From the NCBI GenBank assembly GCA_964490285.1, contig CAZBCN010000006.1, positions 13,720 to 77,719 on the forward strand: a stretch of 64,000 bases of DNA, given 5' to 3'. How positions within the stretch are numbered: the first letter of the stretch is position 1; each line of letters begins with the position of its first letter. This DNA comes from an uncultured Gemmatimonas sp. GTDB lineage: Bacteria > Gemmatimonadota > Gemmatimonadetes > Longimicrobiales > Gaopeijiaceae. Below, piece after piece: positions 10,521-19,224 of this stretch. The notes under the pieces are model-generated. The model was not told the DNA's origin, made no database searches, and saw only the letters and a list, made by a program, of their open reading frames with translations. Made by a program: the position numbers and the translations under genes.

Positions 10521-10979
10521 TCAGAACGACGAGCCCAGCGAGCCCGCGAGGAGCTCTTCACCGAGGTAACTCTCGACGATCTCTCGCACGACCTTTCCGA
10601 GCCCATCGAGGTCCGCGGGCTTCTGGTAGAACGCGACCGCTCCGAGTGCCATCGACCTGTCCTCGGCCTTGGGATCGGGCGAGGAGGTGAGCACGACGAC
10701 CGGGAGCTTGTCCGCGCCGCGTTTCTCCTGGATCCACCTGAGGACCTCGAATCCGTCGATCTCGGGCATGATCAGGTCGAGGATGATCAGCGACGGCATG
10801 GGATGCGAGCGACGGTCCTGGAAAGGAGGCGTCCCGGCGAGGTAGGCGATCCCCTCGCGACCGTCCCCGGCGACTCGAACGTCCAGCCCGGGAAGCGCTC
10901 GGCGGGCAGCCACCCGAACGAGGATCGCGTGCTCACGCGCGTCCTCGACGACCAACAAGGTTGGATCTGGCATCAGCAC
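10521..10979 (-). CDS. stand-alone response regulator receiver (CheY-like)
   Basis: LLVVEDA, IILDLIMPEIDG (phospho-Asp), VVVLTSS and FYQKP motifs. No output domain. Confidence 0.8.
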   Translation of the reverse strand: MLMPDPTLLVVEDAREHAILVRVAARRALPGLDVRVAGDGREGIAYLAGTPPFQDRRSHPMPSLIILDLIMPEIDGFEVLRWIQEKRGADKLPVVVLTSSPDPKAEDRSMALGAVAFYQKPADLDGLGKVVREIVESYLGEELLAGSLGSSF

Positions 10980-11174
10980 GGATGGTACCCCCGCCGGATG
11001 GACACGCTCATCGTGGGCTCCTGGGGGGTTCTCGTAAGATGAGGCGCGCCATCCCTGCGCTCAAGCATGACGTTGGAGCGAGAGCGCGGCCGGGAGCGGC
11101 CTCGCGGGGGACCTAGCGGGCGGCCGTACGACCTAGTTTATTGCGCGAGGGACCTCACTCCACGGAGGTGTAGC

Positions 11175-11714
11175 ATGGCCAAGAAGGCCGCGAAGAAGAA
11201 GCCGGCTAAGAATAGAGCTGCCAAGCCGAAGGCGAAGGCTCGGAAGAAGGCCAAGCCGACCGCGAAGAAGCGGGTTGCCGGCGTGAAGCGACGAGTGAAG
11301 GCAGCGGTGAAGCGCACAGCCGGAAAGGTGAAGTCGGCGGCGAAGAAGGCCGGCAAGAAGCTGGCGAAGCGGAAGAAGTCCGCTCCTCGCAAGGCGGCGC
11401 CCAAGAAGACCGCCGCGGCGAAGAAGCCGGCCGCGAAGCCCGCTCCGATGGTCCGCCGGGCGACGCCCGCGCCGGCTCCGGCGTCACCGCGACCTGCGCC
11501 AGCGCCGCCTCCTCCTCGGCCAGCCATGCCGGCTCCTGCTCCTCCGCGTCCGATGCCGGCGCCCGCGCCGCGGCCGCCGATGCCCGCCCCGGCCACGCCG
11601 CGACCGATGACGCCACCGACCCCACCGCGGGTCGCGCCGACTCCGTGGCCGAGGCCTACGCCTCCGTCCACTCCGCCCAGCGGCCCTGGGCCTGGCTCGA
11701 GAGACGACACCTAG
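11175..11714 (+). CDS. histone H1-like Lys/Ala-rich protein with a Pro-rich (PAPAP/RP) C-terminal half
   Basis: GGAGG lies 6 nt upstream of ATG 11175. N-terminal half is AKK/KKA repeats (MAKKAAKKKPAKNRAAKPKAKARKKAKPTAKK...). C-terminal half is PAPAPPRPMPAPAPRPPMPAPATPRPM. Confidence 0.6.
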   Translation: MAKKAAKKKPAKNRAAKPKAKARKKAKPTAKKRVAGVKRRVKAAVKRTAGKVKSAAKKAGKKLAKRKKSAPRKAAPKKTAAAKKPAAKPAPMVRRATPAPAPASPRPAPAPPPPRPAMPAPAPPRPMPAPAPRPPMPAPATPRPMTPPTPPRVAPTPWPRPTPPSTPPSGPGPGSRDDT

Positions 11715-11741
11715 CTGGGATCTTCGTGTATAGGACTGCGA

Positions 11742-11772
11742 CCGGCCCGACGACCCGAGGTCGTCGGGCCGG
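11742..11772 (+). terminator. 13-bp perfect hairpin after the H1-like gene (no U-tract)
   Basis: CCGGCCCGACGAC - CCGAG - GTCGTCGGGCCGG, read directly. Confidence 0.35.
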
Positions 11773-11810
11773 CTCGCATCCACACGGCCGCATTCCTTAG
11801 ATTCGATTCG

Positions 11811-13103
11811 ATGCTTCGTTGGATCCCCCCAGTCGTCGTGGCCGCCCTCGTCTGGGCCGCGGCCACGCCATCGCCCGGCTTGGCGCAGGTCGCCACGCGA
11901 TCGGAGGCGATCGGAGCGGGGCCAGCCGTCACGGATGACGACGGCATCGGGCGATACGTCTTCGCCGGGGTCGCGATCGACAGCTTCGCGACAGGATCGC
12001 CTTGGAAGACGCTCGCCAACGCGGTCAACGACCTCGAGGGAGTCCGGGAGGTCCTCCAGGAGCGCTACGGCTTCGAGTCCCCGGACGAATGGGTGCTCAT
12101 CAACGCGGCTGCGACGAAGGACGCCATCGAAGAGCTGCTCGACATGCTGGACGATCCGGCGACGGGTCTGCGTCCCGACGACGCGCTCGTGTTCTTCTAC
12201 GCCGGGCACGGGACTGAACGGGTCGACAGCATCGTGACCGGTGACGTCCAGCGGAGGGGCTACCTGGTGCCCCACGACGTGACGAAGTCTCTCTCCGAGG
12301 CGCGTCGGCAGTACATGGAGATCAGCGAGCTGGTGGAGGCCCTGAGCGTGCTCGGCGCCAATCACGTACTCCTGATCCTCGACTCATGCCAGAGCGGTCT
12401 CGCGCTCACCGCCGACGACGGCCTCAAGGAGGAAGCGCGGGACTTCGAGATGTCTCAGCTCATCGAGGACATGGCTCGCAATCCCAGCCGGCTCGTGGTG
12501 ACCTCCGCGCAGTCCAACCAACTCGCTGCCGACGGGGGACCCTTCGAGGGCCACTCCCTCTTCACCGGCTACCTCGTCGACGGTTTGTTGCGCGCGGCAG
12601 AGGGCGGAATTCCCGACACGCTCCAGACCGAGCGGGGCCGCCTGGTGACGAGTGAGCTCTTCGAGTACGTGCAGGAGCGAGTCGGTCGGGCCCCGGGATC
12701 GACCCAGACGCCGACCTTCGGGGCGTTCCTCGCGCGCGGCGACGCGCCACGAGGGCAGATGGTCTTCGAGTTCGCAGTGGATCCATTCGACGACGCGTAC
12801 ACCGAGGCGATGGAGTATTACCGCGACCGGTCGTACGAAGCCTTCGTCGAAGCCGCCGAGCTCGCGCTCGCGGAGGAGGACGAGGAGAACGGGCCGCGCG
12901 CGGAATATCTGCGATTCCGCATCGCGACCATCCCGAACTCGAGGAACGTAGCCGCCCAGGTGACCGCGCTTCGGCGTCTCAAGCGCTACGCCGACGAAGG
13001 AGTGACGATCCCCCTGGATGCGCTCAATCTCGACGAACTCCTGCTGATGGCAGAAGAGCTCTGCGCCAACCCCAAGCACGCCTGCCCGGCGGCGGGCGCG
13101 TGA
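11811..13103 (+). CDS. exported caspase-family (peptidase C14) protein with a helical C-terminal region
   Basis: Signal peptide ...ATPSPGLAQ. His motif FFYAGHGTE and Cys motif LLILDSCQSGLA. Confidence 0.85.
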   Translation: MLRWIPPVVVAALVWAAATPSPGLAQVATRSEAIGAGPAVTDDDGIGRYVFAGVAIDSFATGSPWKTLANAVNDLEGVREVLQERYGFESPDEWVLINAAATKDAIEELLDMLDDPATGLRPDDALVFFYAGHGTERVDSIVTGDVQRRGYLVPHDVTKSLSEARRQYMEISELVEALSVLGANHVLLILDSCQSGLALTADDGLKEEARDFEMSQLIEDMARNPSRLVVTSAQSNQLAADGGPFEGHSLFTGYLVDGLLRAAEGGIPDTLQTERGRLVTSELFEYVQERVGRAPGSTQTPTFGAFLARGDAPRGQMVFEFAVDPFDDAYTEAMEYYRDRSYEAFVEAAELALAEEDEENGPRAEYLRFRIATIPNSRNVAAQVTALRRLKRYADEGVTIPLDALNLDELLLMAEELCANPKHACPAAGA

Positions 13104-15196
13104 TTTCACTGTCGACCACGGTGAAGCACACGGCCTGGGCGTGGGTAGGTGTGTGCGTTCTCGCGGGGCCGGCGCTCGCGCAGGATCGATCGATCTTCAC
13201 GGCTCTGGATACGGGAGACCGTGTGGTCGACGTGCTGAGCGGGCCGGCACGGGGCACGCTCTCCGCGGAGGACCTCATCGCCACCGGCGGCCGCCGCGTG
13301 CAGGTCTGGCGGCTGGAAGCCAACGTCGGCGACCAACTCCAGGTCGACCTCCGCTCAGGCGACTTCGACGCCTACGTGTACGTCGTGGGACCGGGTCTGG
13401 GCGAGGGCCTCGCGGACGATGACGGGGGCGATGGTCTGAATGCGCGTGTCTGCGTCACCCTCGACGAGCCGGGCGAGTACCGGGTGGTGGCCTCCGCACT
13501 GTCGAGTGCGACCGGCGGATTCACGCTCAGCGTGAGGCAACGCCCGGGCGTGACCAACGGAACGTGCCCGGAGGACGCCGGGGCCGCGACTTCCGCGGAG
13601 GTCGACGACATCGCTGACCTACCGCTCGATGGCCGAACGCTCGACATCGGTGCTGAGGCCGAGGGTAGGTTGTCCACCGCCGACGCCACGATCCTCGGCT
13701 CCCCCGCGCAGGCGTGGGCGCTGGAAGGCGTGGCCGGTCGGAGCGTATCCGTAGACCTGCGCTCGAGCGATTTCGACGCGTATCTCATGGTGGATGGCCC
13801 CGGACTCGAGAGCTGGCTCAGCAACGACGACGGAGCCGGTCGGTGCGATTCGCGGATTACGCTCGATTTCCCGGAGACCGGCGTGTACCGGGTGGTCGCG
13901 TCGACCCTCAACGACGGCATGGGTGAATATCGGCTCATCGTATCGGAGGAGCCGGGCCCCGTGAATGAAGAGGCCTGCATCCCGCCCTCGACCACGACGA
14001 GCGGTGGCGAGGAGGCAGTCGCGACCGTGGGTGCTCTCGCCTGGGAAGAGACCCGCGAAGGCACGCTCACCGGGTCGGAAGGTGAGTACATGGGGCGCCG
14101 CATGCAGGCCTGGACCCTCGAGGCCCAAGCAGGCACCAGGGTAGTGGTCGAGGTACGCTCCTCCGACTTCGACAGTTATACGTCTTTGACCGGTCCCGGC
14201 TTCGAGAGGAATCCGCCGTTCAACGACGACGGTGGTGGCAACCTGAATTCGCGTCTCTGCGCGGAGCTTCCGCAAACCGGAACGTACCGGGTGTTCGCAG
14301 GCCCCTATTCCGGCGGCGAGGCCGGACAGATCTACTCGGTTCGCGCCTCGGTGGCGGACGCCACCAGCCTGTGCACCGAGTTCGAGATGGCGCCCGAGGC
14401 GATCGCCGCCGTGCTTCGCCGACTGCCCACCGCTGGACGGTCGATCGCTCTCGGGGGCGACGCCGAGGGCCGGCTGGATGCTGCGGTCGACTCGCGCCAC
14501 CCCGACACGAATCACCTGATCCAAGCGTGGAGCTTCGAGGGCGTAGCCGGACGCACCGTGTACGTGGACGTCGTGTCGGACGACTTCGATACCGTTCTCT
14601 ACGCGCTCGGCGCGGGCATCGAGGGCATCCTCTTCCTCGACGACGCCGACGCCGGCTGCAACACGCGCATGTCGATCACGCCCTCCGAGTCGGGTCCCAT
14701 CCTCCTCTTCCCCGGAGCGTACGCGGAGGACGGCTCGGGCGTATTCCGTGTCCGGGTCGCGAGCGAGCCCGGCCCGCTGGAGGACAACCAATGCGACTTC
14801 GGTGTGGCCGACGCCGCGGGCGTCGACGCCGGCCGGCTCGCGGGCCTCACGTCCGGCGAGGAACGTCCCGTCCAGCCGGTCACCTTGGCCGAGGGCACGC
14901 TCGGCTCGGACGATCAGCGGCTCGGCTCCGGGGAGCCGGCCCAGCCCTGGTCCCTTTCCGTGAGCGCCGGTGAGGAGCTCGAGATCACGCTCATCTCGGA
15001 AGCGTTCGACCCCGTGCTCTACGTCGACGGGGCGTCGCTCCCCGAGGCACTCATGGACGACGACAGCGCCGGCGACCTCGACTCCAGGATCACCCTGACG
15101 GTGCCCGCCGACGGAGTGCTCAGGATCGTGGCGAGCGCGTTCGCCTCCGACGCCGCGGGCGACTACGAGATACGGATCGTCCGCCGTACCCCGTAG
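13100..15196 (+). CDS. exported protein made of five PPC-like (pre-peptidase C-terminal type) beta-sandwich repeats
   Basis: GTGA overlap with the upstream caspase stop. Signal peptide ...LAGPALAQ. Five modules share W-L-E---G--v-V-L-S-DFDaYl-v-GPG----nDDg-g--nSRi---lp-tG-YRVvas------G-Y-L-V. Confidence 0.75.
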   Translation: MISLSTTVKHTAWAWVGVCVLAGPALAQDRSIFTALDTGDRVVDVLSGPARGTLSAEDLIATGGRRVQVWRLEANVGDQLQVDLRSGDFDAYVYVVGPGLGEGLADDDGGDGLNARVCVTLDEPGEYRVVASALSSATGGFTLSVRQRPGVTNGTCPEDAGAATSAEVDDIADLPLDGRTLDIGAEAEGRLSTADATILGSPAQAWALEGVAGRSVSVDLRSSDFDAYLMVDGPGLESWLSNDDGAGRCDSRITLDFPETGVYRVVASTLNDGMGEYRLIVSEEPGPVNEEACIPPSTTTSGGEEAVATVGALAWEETREGTLTGSEGEYMGRRMQAWTLEAQAGTRVVVEVRSSDFDSYTSLTGPGFERNPPFNDDGGGNLNSRLCAELPQTGTYRVFAGPYSGGEAGQIYSVRASVADATSLCTEFEMAPEAIAAVLRRLPTAGRSIALGGDAEGRLDAAVDSRHPDTNHLIQAWSFEGVAGRTVYVDVVSDDFDTVLYALGAGIEGILFLDDADAGCNTRMSITPSESGPILLFPGAYAEDGSGVFRVRVASEPGPLEDNQCDFGVADAAGVDAGRLAGLTSGEERPVQPVTLAEGTLGSDDQRLGSGEPAQPWSLSVSAGEELEITLISEAFDPVLYVDGASLPEALMDDDSAGDLDSRITLTVPADGVLRIVASAFASDAAGDYEIRIVRRTP
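13196..15193 (+). repeat. 5 tandem protein-level repeats of about 115-145 aa each (PPC-like modules)
   Basis: Repeat cores: LRSGDFDAYVYVVGPG, LRSSDFDAYLMVDGPG, VRSSDFDSYTSLTGPG, VVSDDFDTVLYALGAG, LISEAFDPVLYVDGAS. Confidence 0.7.
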
Positions 15197-15214
15197 CCGC
15201 CCCGCTCACGTCGA

Positions 15215-17005
15215 TCAACGCTGACGGAAGAAGTCCGCCACCGTCATGTTCTGGCGATCACCGCGGATCTGAGGCTCCTGCAGCTCCCTGTTCTCGCGCG
15301 AGTAGGTCGTCACGTCGGCGAAGACCTGCCGGTGCACCTGCGCCAGGGTAGTGTTCGGAGATGCCTCGGTGAGATGCTGCCCGAGGAAGTACGCGAAGAC
15401 GCTCGAGCCCCCGCCGAGCTCGGGCCCTCCGACCCATGACACCTGCATATCGGTGGAGGCACCCCACATGACGTGGCGCTGCGGCGTCTCCATCACCCGC
15501 GCGATCGCGCCGAAATCACCGAAGCCGAGCGAGAAATCGGTCAGGTTCGCCGCCTTGAGATCACTCGTGATGAAGTTGGTCGGCATGCGAACGTGCTCCG
15601 CGATCCCCGGAGCGCTCAGGTCGACCATCTTCGCGGTCGCTCCGCGCGTGACGGATCCCGAGAAACATGCGTCGACCGCAACCATCGAACGGCCCGCGTC
15701 GAGCGTCTCGATCAGGTAGCCGAGCTCCTCATCAAGGATCACCGAAGACTCGCGGTCGGCGCCATACACATAGATGGCCTGATCGCCCTCCTCGTTCTCC
15801 GGATCGAGCGAGCCCGTCACGCCGATGTTCTCGCCGATCTGGGTCCCGTGACCCGAGTAGAAGAAGAACGCCAGCCCGTTCGGGCCCGCCTGGCCCAGGT
15901 GCTGCGCGATGCCCTGCGCGATGTTCTCGCGCGTGGCGTCGGAGTCGGTGAGGGTCACGACGTTTCCGGGCTCGAAGCCGAAGTGGCTCACGAGCATATC
16001 CTGCATGATGCTGACGTCCTCGAGGACGAACGGGCCGAGGTCGGCATCCGTTCCAGGATAGTCTGCGATGCCCACCAGGAGCGCGTAGCGCCCGTTCGGG
16101 TCGCCGCCCGTGCGGAACCCCGCAAACGGGACGCGCTGTGTCGAGGTAGCGCTCAGCGTGTACGCTCCCGTCGCGCCGTCCGCGTACGAGGTGACAAATA
16201 CCGTATACGCTCCACCGGACGGGAGCGTCACCTCGACGCGGCTGTTCGTGCCCTCACTGTCGTCGTTCTCTGCGAGTACGTCGGTGCCCGCGAGGACGCC
16301 CAGGTACGTGTCGAAGTCTTCCGACGCCAAGGTCACGGTGACCTGGTCGCCCGCTCGTCCCTGGAGCGTCCAGGTGTGGTAGTGAGTCCCGTCGGCCACC
16401 GGATCGCTGGCCACGAGCTCACCGCCGGTCGCCCTCCCCGGCACGAGCACGCGCGACTCTTCACCGCCCGTGGGCAGCACGTCGACGGAGATGCCGTAGC
16501 GCCCCGTGGCGCCGCTACCATAGCTCGTCGCCATGGCCGCGTACGTTCCGGGTCCAACCGCGAGCGACAGTCCGGAGTTCGTCCCAACGAGGTCATCGTT
16601 ATAGGCGAGGATCCCGCTCGCCTGACCGGGGGGGCCGTCAGCCAGCGCGACGTACGTGTCGAACGCGTCCGAGCTCATCGCGATCATGACCTCGCTCGGT
16701 TGCGTGACCTCGAAGGTCCAGACGTCCAGGAACGCGCCATTCTCCATCTTGGCGTCGGTGGTCTCGAGGGCCCCGGCCGTCATCTGGCCGGGAGCGATGG
16801 CGGCAATGCCCTTCTGCGCCTCGCCGTTGACGAGCGTCGTGGTCGCCTGCGCCATCCGCACGGCGCTGCTCTCGCCCCCCTTCGCGGAAAGGCCGGCGAG
16901 CGACTTGGAGCCCGGCACCTTCTCGGCTTCGCAAGCAGCCAGCGTCATACATGTCAGCAGCGCGCCGACGCTCGCTACGCGCCGGCCACGATCGGTTGTC
17001 AGCAT
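15215..17005 (-). CDS. lipoprotein: two PPC-like repeats fused to a C-terminal caspase (C14) domain
   Basis: Lipobox LTCMTLAAC. Repeats MSSDAFDTYVALADG...AYNDD and ASEDFDTYLGVLAG...ENDDSEG. Caspase motifs FFFYSGHGTQ and MVAVDACFSGS. Its SD (AGGAGA) overlaps the TAG stop of the upstream gene. Confidence 0.85.
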   Translation of the reverse strand: MLTTDRGRRVASVGALLTCMTLAACEAEKVPGSKSLAGLSAKGGESSAVRMAQATTTLVNGEAQKGIAAIAPGQMTAGALETTDAKMENGAFLDVWTFEVTQPSEVMIAMSSDAFDTYVALADGPPGQASGILAYNDDLVGTNSGLSLAVGPGTYAAMATSYGSGATGRYGISVDVLPTGGEESRVLVPGRATGGELVASDPVADGTHYHTWTLQGRAGDQVTVTLASEDFDTYLGVLAGTDVLAENDDSEGTNSRVEVTLPSGGAYTVFVTSYADGATGAYTLSATSTQRVPFAGFRTGGDPNGRYALLVGIADYPGTDADLGPFVLEDVSIMQDMLVSHFGFEPGNVVTLTDSDATRENIAQGIAQHLGQAGPNGLAFFFYSGHGTQIGENIGVTGSLDPENEEGDQAIYVYGADRESSVILDEELGYLIETLDAGRSMVAVDACFSGSVTRGATAKMVDLSAPGIAEHVRMPTNFITSDLKAANLTDFSLGFGDFGAIARVMETPQRHVMWGASTDMQVSWVGGPELGGGSSVFAYFLGQHLTEASPNTTLAQVHRQVFADVTTYSRENRELQEPQIRGDRQNMTVADFFRQR

Positions 17006-17016
17006 TCTTCGATCTC

Positions 17017-19032
17017 CTAGTTGGGTTGGATGTTGATGATCACTTCACGGCTCACAGCCAGGTCGGGCTCCGAGCCGCCGGTCGAACGGGTGCGCTCCGA
17101 CTCGAACCACGGGCGCAGATCCTGCGGAGCCTCCGTGGCGAAGACCTTCAAGACCTCTTCGCCGACGTCCCCTTCCGAGAGCCGAAAGCAGCGGTCGATC
17201 TCGCGGCCGGCGTCCAGCTGCTCCCCCGCCTGACCCTGGCGGGGCCAGAGGACCTCGACCTGCCCACCCGGACGGAGGTCGACCAAGTAGACGAACGCTC
17301 GCCGTCGGCCCCGATTCGCGACCCGGAGCCAGTAGGTGTCGCCCGGGCTCAGCCGCCACTGACCCCCGCCGAGGTTCTCGGCTCGAGACGCGGCGCCCGC
17401 CCAATCCGCGGGCGAGCAGTACGCCTGGCCACCCGGAGGCTGCACGAGCTGTGGCCGGGGGGATAGCTCGACGACGATGCCGAGCTCCGCGCTTTCGAAC
17501 GTGAGGCGCCGCAGGTATCGGTTGCGCGCGTACTCCTCCACTCGGCCGATGACCTGCTGAGCCCCGGTGGCGAGCACACGGTCGTCGGCGATCACTCGCG
17601 CCTCGGGACGTCCACCCCGATCACCGATGACGACGTCGCCGCCTTCGTCGACGAGCTGCACCATGCCGGACCCCGCGAGGCGGTTCGACAGGCCGGCCCG
17701 GTCGGTCTCCCGGAGCGAGCCGTCGAGGCGAACACGGAGCACGAGGTCCCCATAGCTGCGCTGGGTCACGAACGCCCAGGCTCCGCGCACGTCCTCGGTG
17801 ATGGACCCCGTCATCGCCTCGGCGAAGGAGCGCGTTGCCGACGCCTGCGTCACCAGGAGCGCGGCCAGCTCGGCGCGTTCGCCGGGCGTCGCCGTGCCCA
17901 CGGGATGCACCGCCAGGCGCGTTCCCGGGTTGAGGCCGACCAGCGTGCCACCGGCCAAGACGACCCCTTCGGAAGTGACGGAGTCCACCACCACATACGG
18001 CATCTGCTGCGTGAGGCGATTCGAGAACAGGGAGACGTCTGCATCCCCCTCCATCTGAGGTGTCTGGTTGCTGACCTTCCCGAGCAGGCTGCGCGCGATC
18101 GTGGCGAAGAGGGCGCGGTTCGTCGTCCCGGGGCCTGCTTCTGGAAGCGCGCGGGCGATGGCGAAGCTGAGCGACCCGACCTTCGTGCGGCCATCGAGGT
18201 CGTAGGTCTCCTTCGCCATCTGGCGTGGGCTCGCGGCACTGAAGACCACGAAGGGCGCGAGATCGACCGCTCCGCGGGTCGCGGCCGGCCGCCCAACCTC
18301 GATCCCCGTCCCGCGGTCTTCCTCGGACGCTCCGCGCGCGGCAGGCGCCGTTCCCCCCACGAAGGCGGGAGGGCCGAGCGGCGCCTCCTCTCCGCGTGCA
18401 GGCAGCTCGTCGTCCACGCCCCTCGTCCCCGTTCCGGAGTAGCAGGCGTCCAGGAACACCGTCACGTTCCCGGTCCGTCCCGCGCGCGCACGGATCTGGA
18501 CGATGTACTCCCCCAGCTCGTCGTCACGGATGTGGAGCGAGCCGTCGTAACCCTCGTAGAACTCCGCAGGCGCGCCGTACGGGACGAGCACCTCGTCCAG
18601 CCCGTCGAACTCCTCGTCCTCCGCGGGATTGTCGTTCGTGATCCGGTGCCCGTGCCCGGAGTAGTGGATCACGACCACGTCGCCTCGGTCCGTGTCGCGC
18701 ACGAGCCGCTGGAGCGCCGAGCGAATGCCGTCCGCCGTGGCCTGCGAGTCGGGGAGCACGCGGATGTCTCGCGGAAGGAATCCCTGCCGCTCCAGCGCGC
18801 CCCGCACGAGGACCACGTCGTTCGCCGAGCTGAGGTCACGATACGCGAGAACCGCGCGCCCAGTCGCCGGGTTCACCGGCGGCGGGCCGTACTCCCCGAT
18901 CGCGATGATCAGGGCCCGTTTCGTGCCCTCTTGAGCCGAGGCCGCCCCCCCACCGAGCAGCATGGTCGCGCAGGCGATGGCCGTCAGGCAGACCGCCGCC
19001 GGCCGCGGGCCGCACCGCAACGGGGTCGACAT
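17017..19032 (-). CDS. exported caspase (C14) protein with a DUF4384-like C-terminal domain
   Basis: Start chosen at MSTPLRCGPRPAAVCLTAIACATMLLGGGAASAQ (ATG 19032). Caspase motifs VVIHYSGHGH and VFLDACYSGTG. C-terminus ...SPGDTYWLRVANRGRRRAFVYLVDLRPGGQVEVLWP... resembles DUF4384. Confidence 0.85.
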   Translation of the reverse strand: MSTPLRCGPRPAAVCLTAIACATMLLGGGAASAQEGTKRALIIAIGEYGPPPVNPATGRAVLAYRDLSSANDVVLVRGALERQGFLPRDIRVLPDSQATADGIRSALQRLVRDTDRGDVVVIHYSGHGHRITNDNPAEDEEFDGLDEVLVPYGAPAEFYEGYDGSLHIRDDELGEYIVQIRARAGRTGNVTVFLDACYSGTGTRGVDDELPARGEEAPLGPPAFVGGTAPAARGASEEDRGTGIEVGRPAATRGAVDLAPFVVFSAASPRQMAKETYDLDGRTKVGSLSFAIARALPEAGPGTTNRALFATIARSLLGKVSNQTPQMEGDADVSLFSNRLTQQMPYVVVDSVTSEGVVLAGGTLVGLNPGTRLAVHPVGTATPGERAELAALLVTQASATRSFAEAMTGSITEDVRGAWAFVTQRSYGDLVLRVRLDGSLRETDRAGLSNRLAGSGMVQLVDEGGDVVIGDRGGRPEARVIADDRVLATGAQQVIGRVEEYARNRYLRRLTFESAELGIVVELSPRPQLVQPPGGQAYCSPADWAGAASRAENLGGGQWRLSPGDTYWLRVANRGRRRAFVYLVDLRPGGQVEVLWPRQGQAGEQLDAGREIDRCFRLSEGDVGEEVLKVFATEAPQDLRPWFESERTRSTGGSEPDLAVSREVIINIQPN

Positions 19033-19224
19033 TCGGGTTTTGGGGGGCTTCAGAAGGGGCGGGACGAAATGAGTAGGGTTGGTGCGTCGCGATCGCAAGG
19101 CCGGCACCCGACGACTTCGGGTCGCGGGAATCGGCCGTGTGACACCGCCCACCCTGGCACGTTCCGCAGGTTCCACCCAGATTCGTTCCATAGTGGTCGT
19201 CTGCCCCAATGGAGCATCACACCC

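Noticed and set aside
11138-11710. 190-aa Gly/Ala/Phe-rich minus-strand ORF opposite the H1-like gene.
   Set aside because: It is the mirror image of a low-complexity Lys/Ala/Pro gene. The plus strand has a GGAGG SD and ATG plus a downstream hairpin, and the minus-strand ORF has no such signals. The strand call is not proven.
13196-15193. Periodic repeats that could be mistaken for a CRISPR or tandem DNA repeat array. The same applies at 54783-55890 and 60200-61290.
   Set aside because: The periodicity is at the protein-domain level (units of 115-145, about 92 and about 50 aa) with diverged DNA. There are no short identical direct repeats with unique spacers, and no cas genes are present.
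19155-19170. TGGCACGTTCCGCAGG, which resembles a sigma54 -24/-12 promoter, in the caspase/peroxiredoxin divergent region.
   Set aside because: The GC of the -12 element is 2 nt too close to the GG of the -24 element compared with TGGCACG-N4-TTGC, and the TTGC core is missing.
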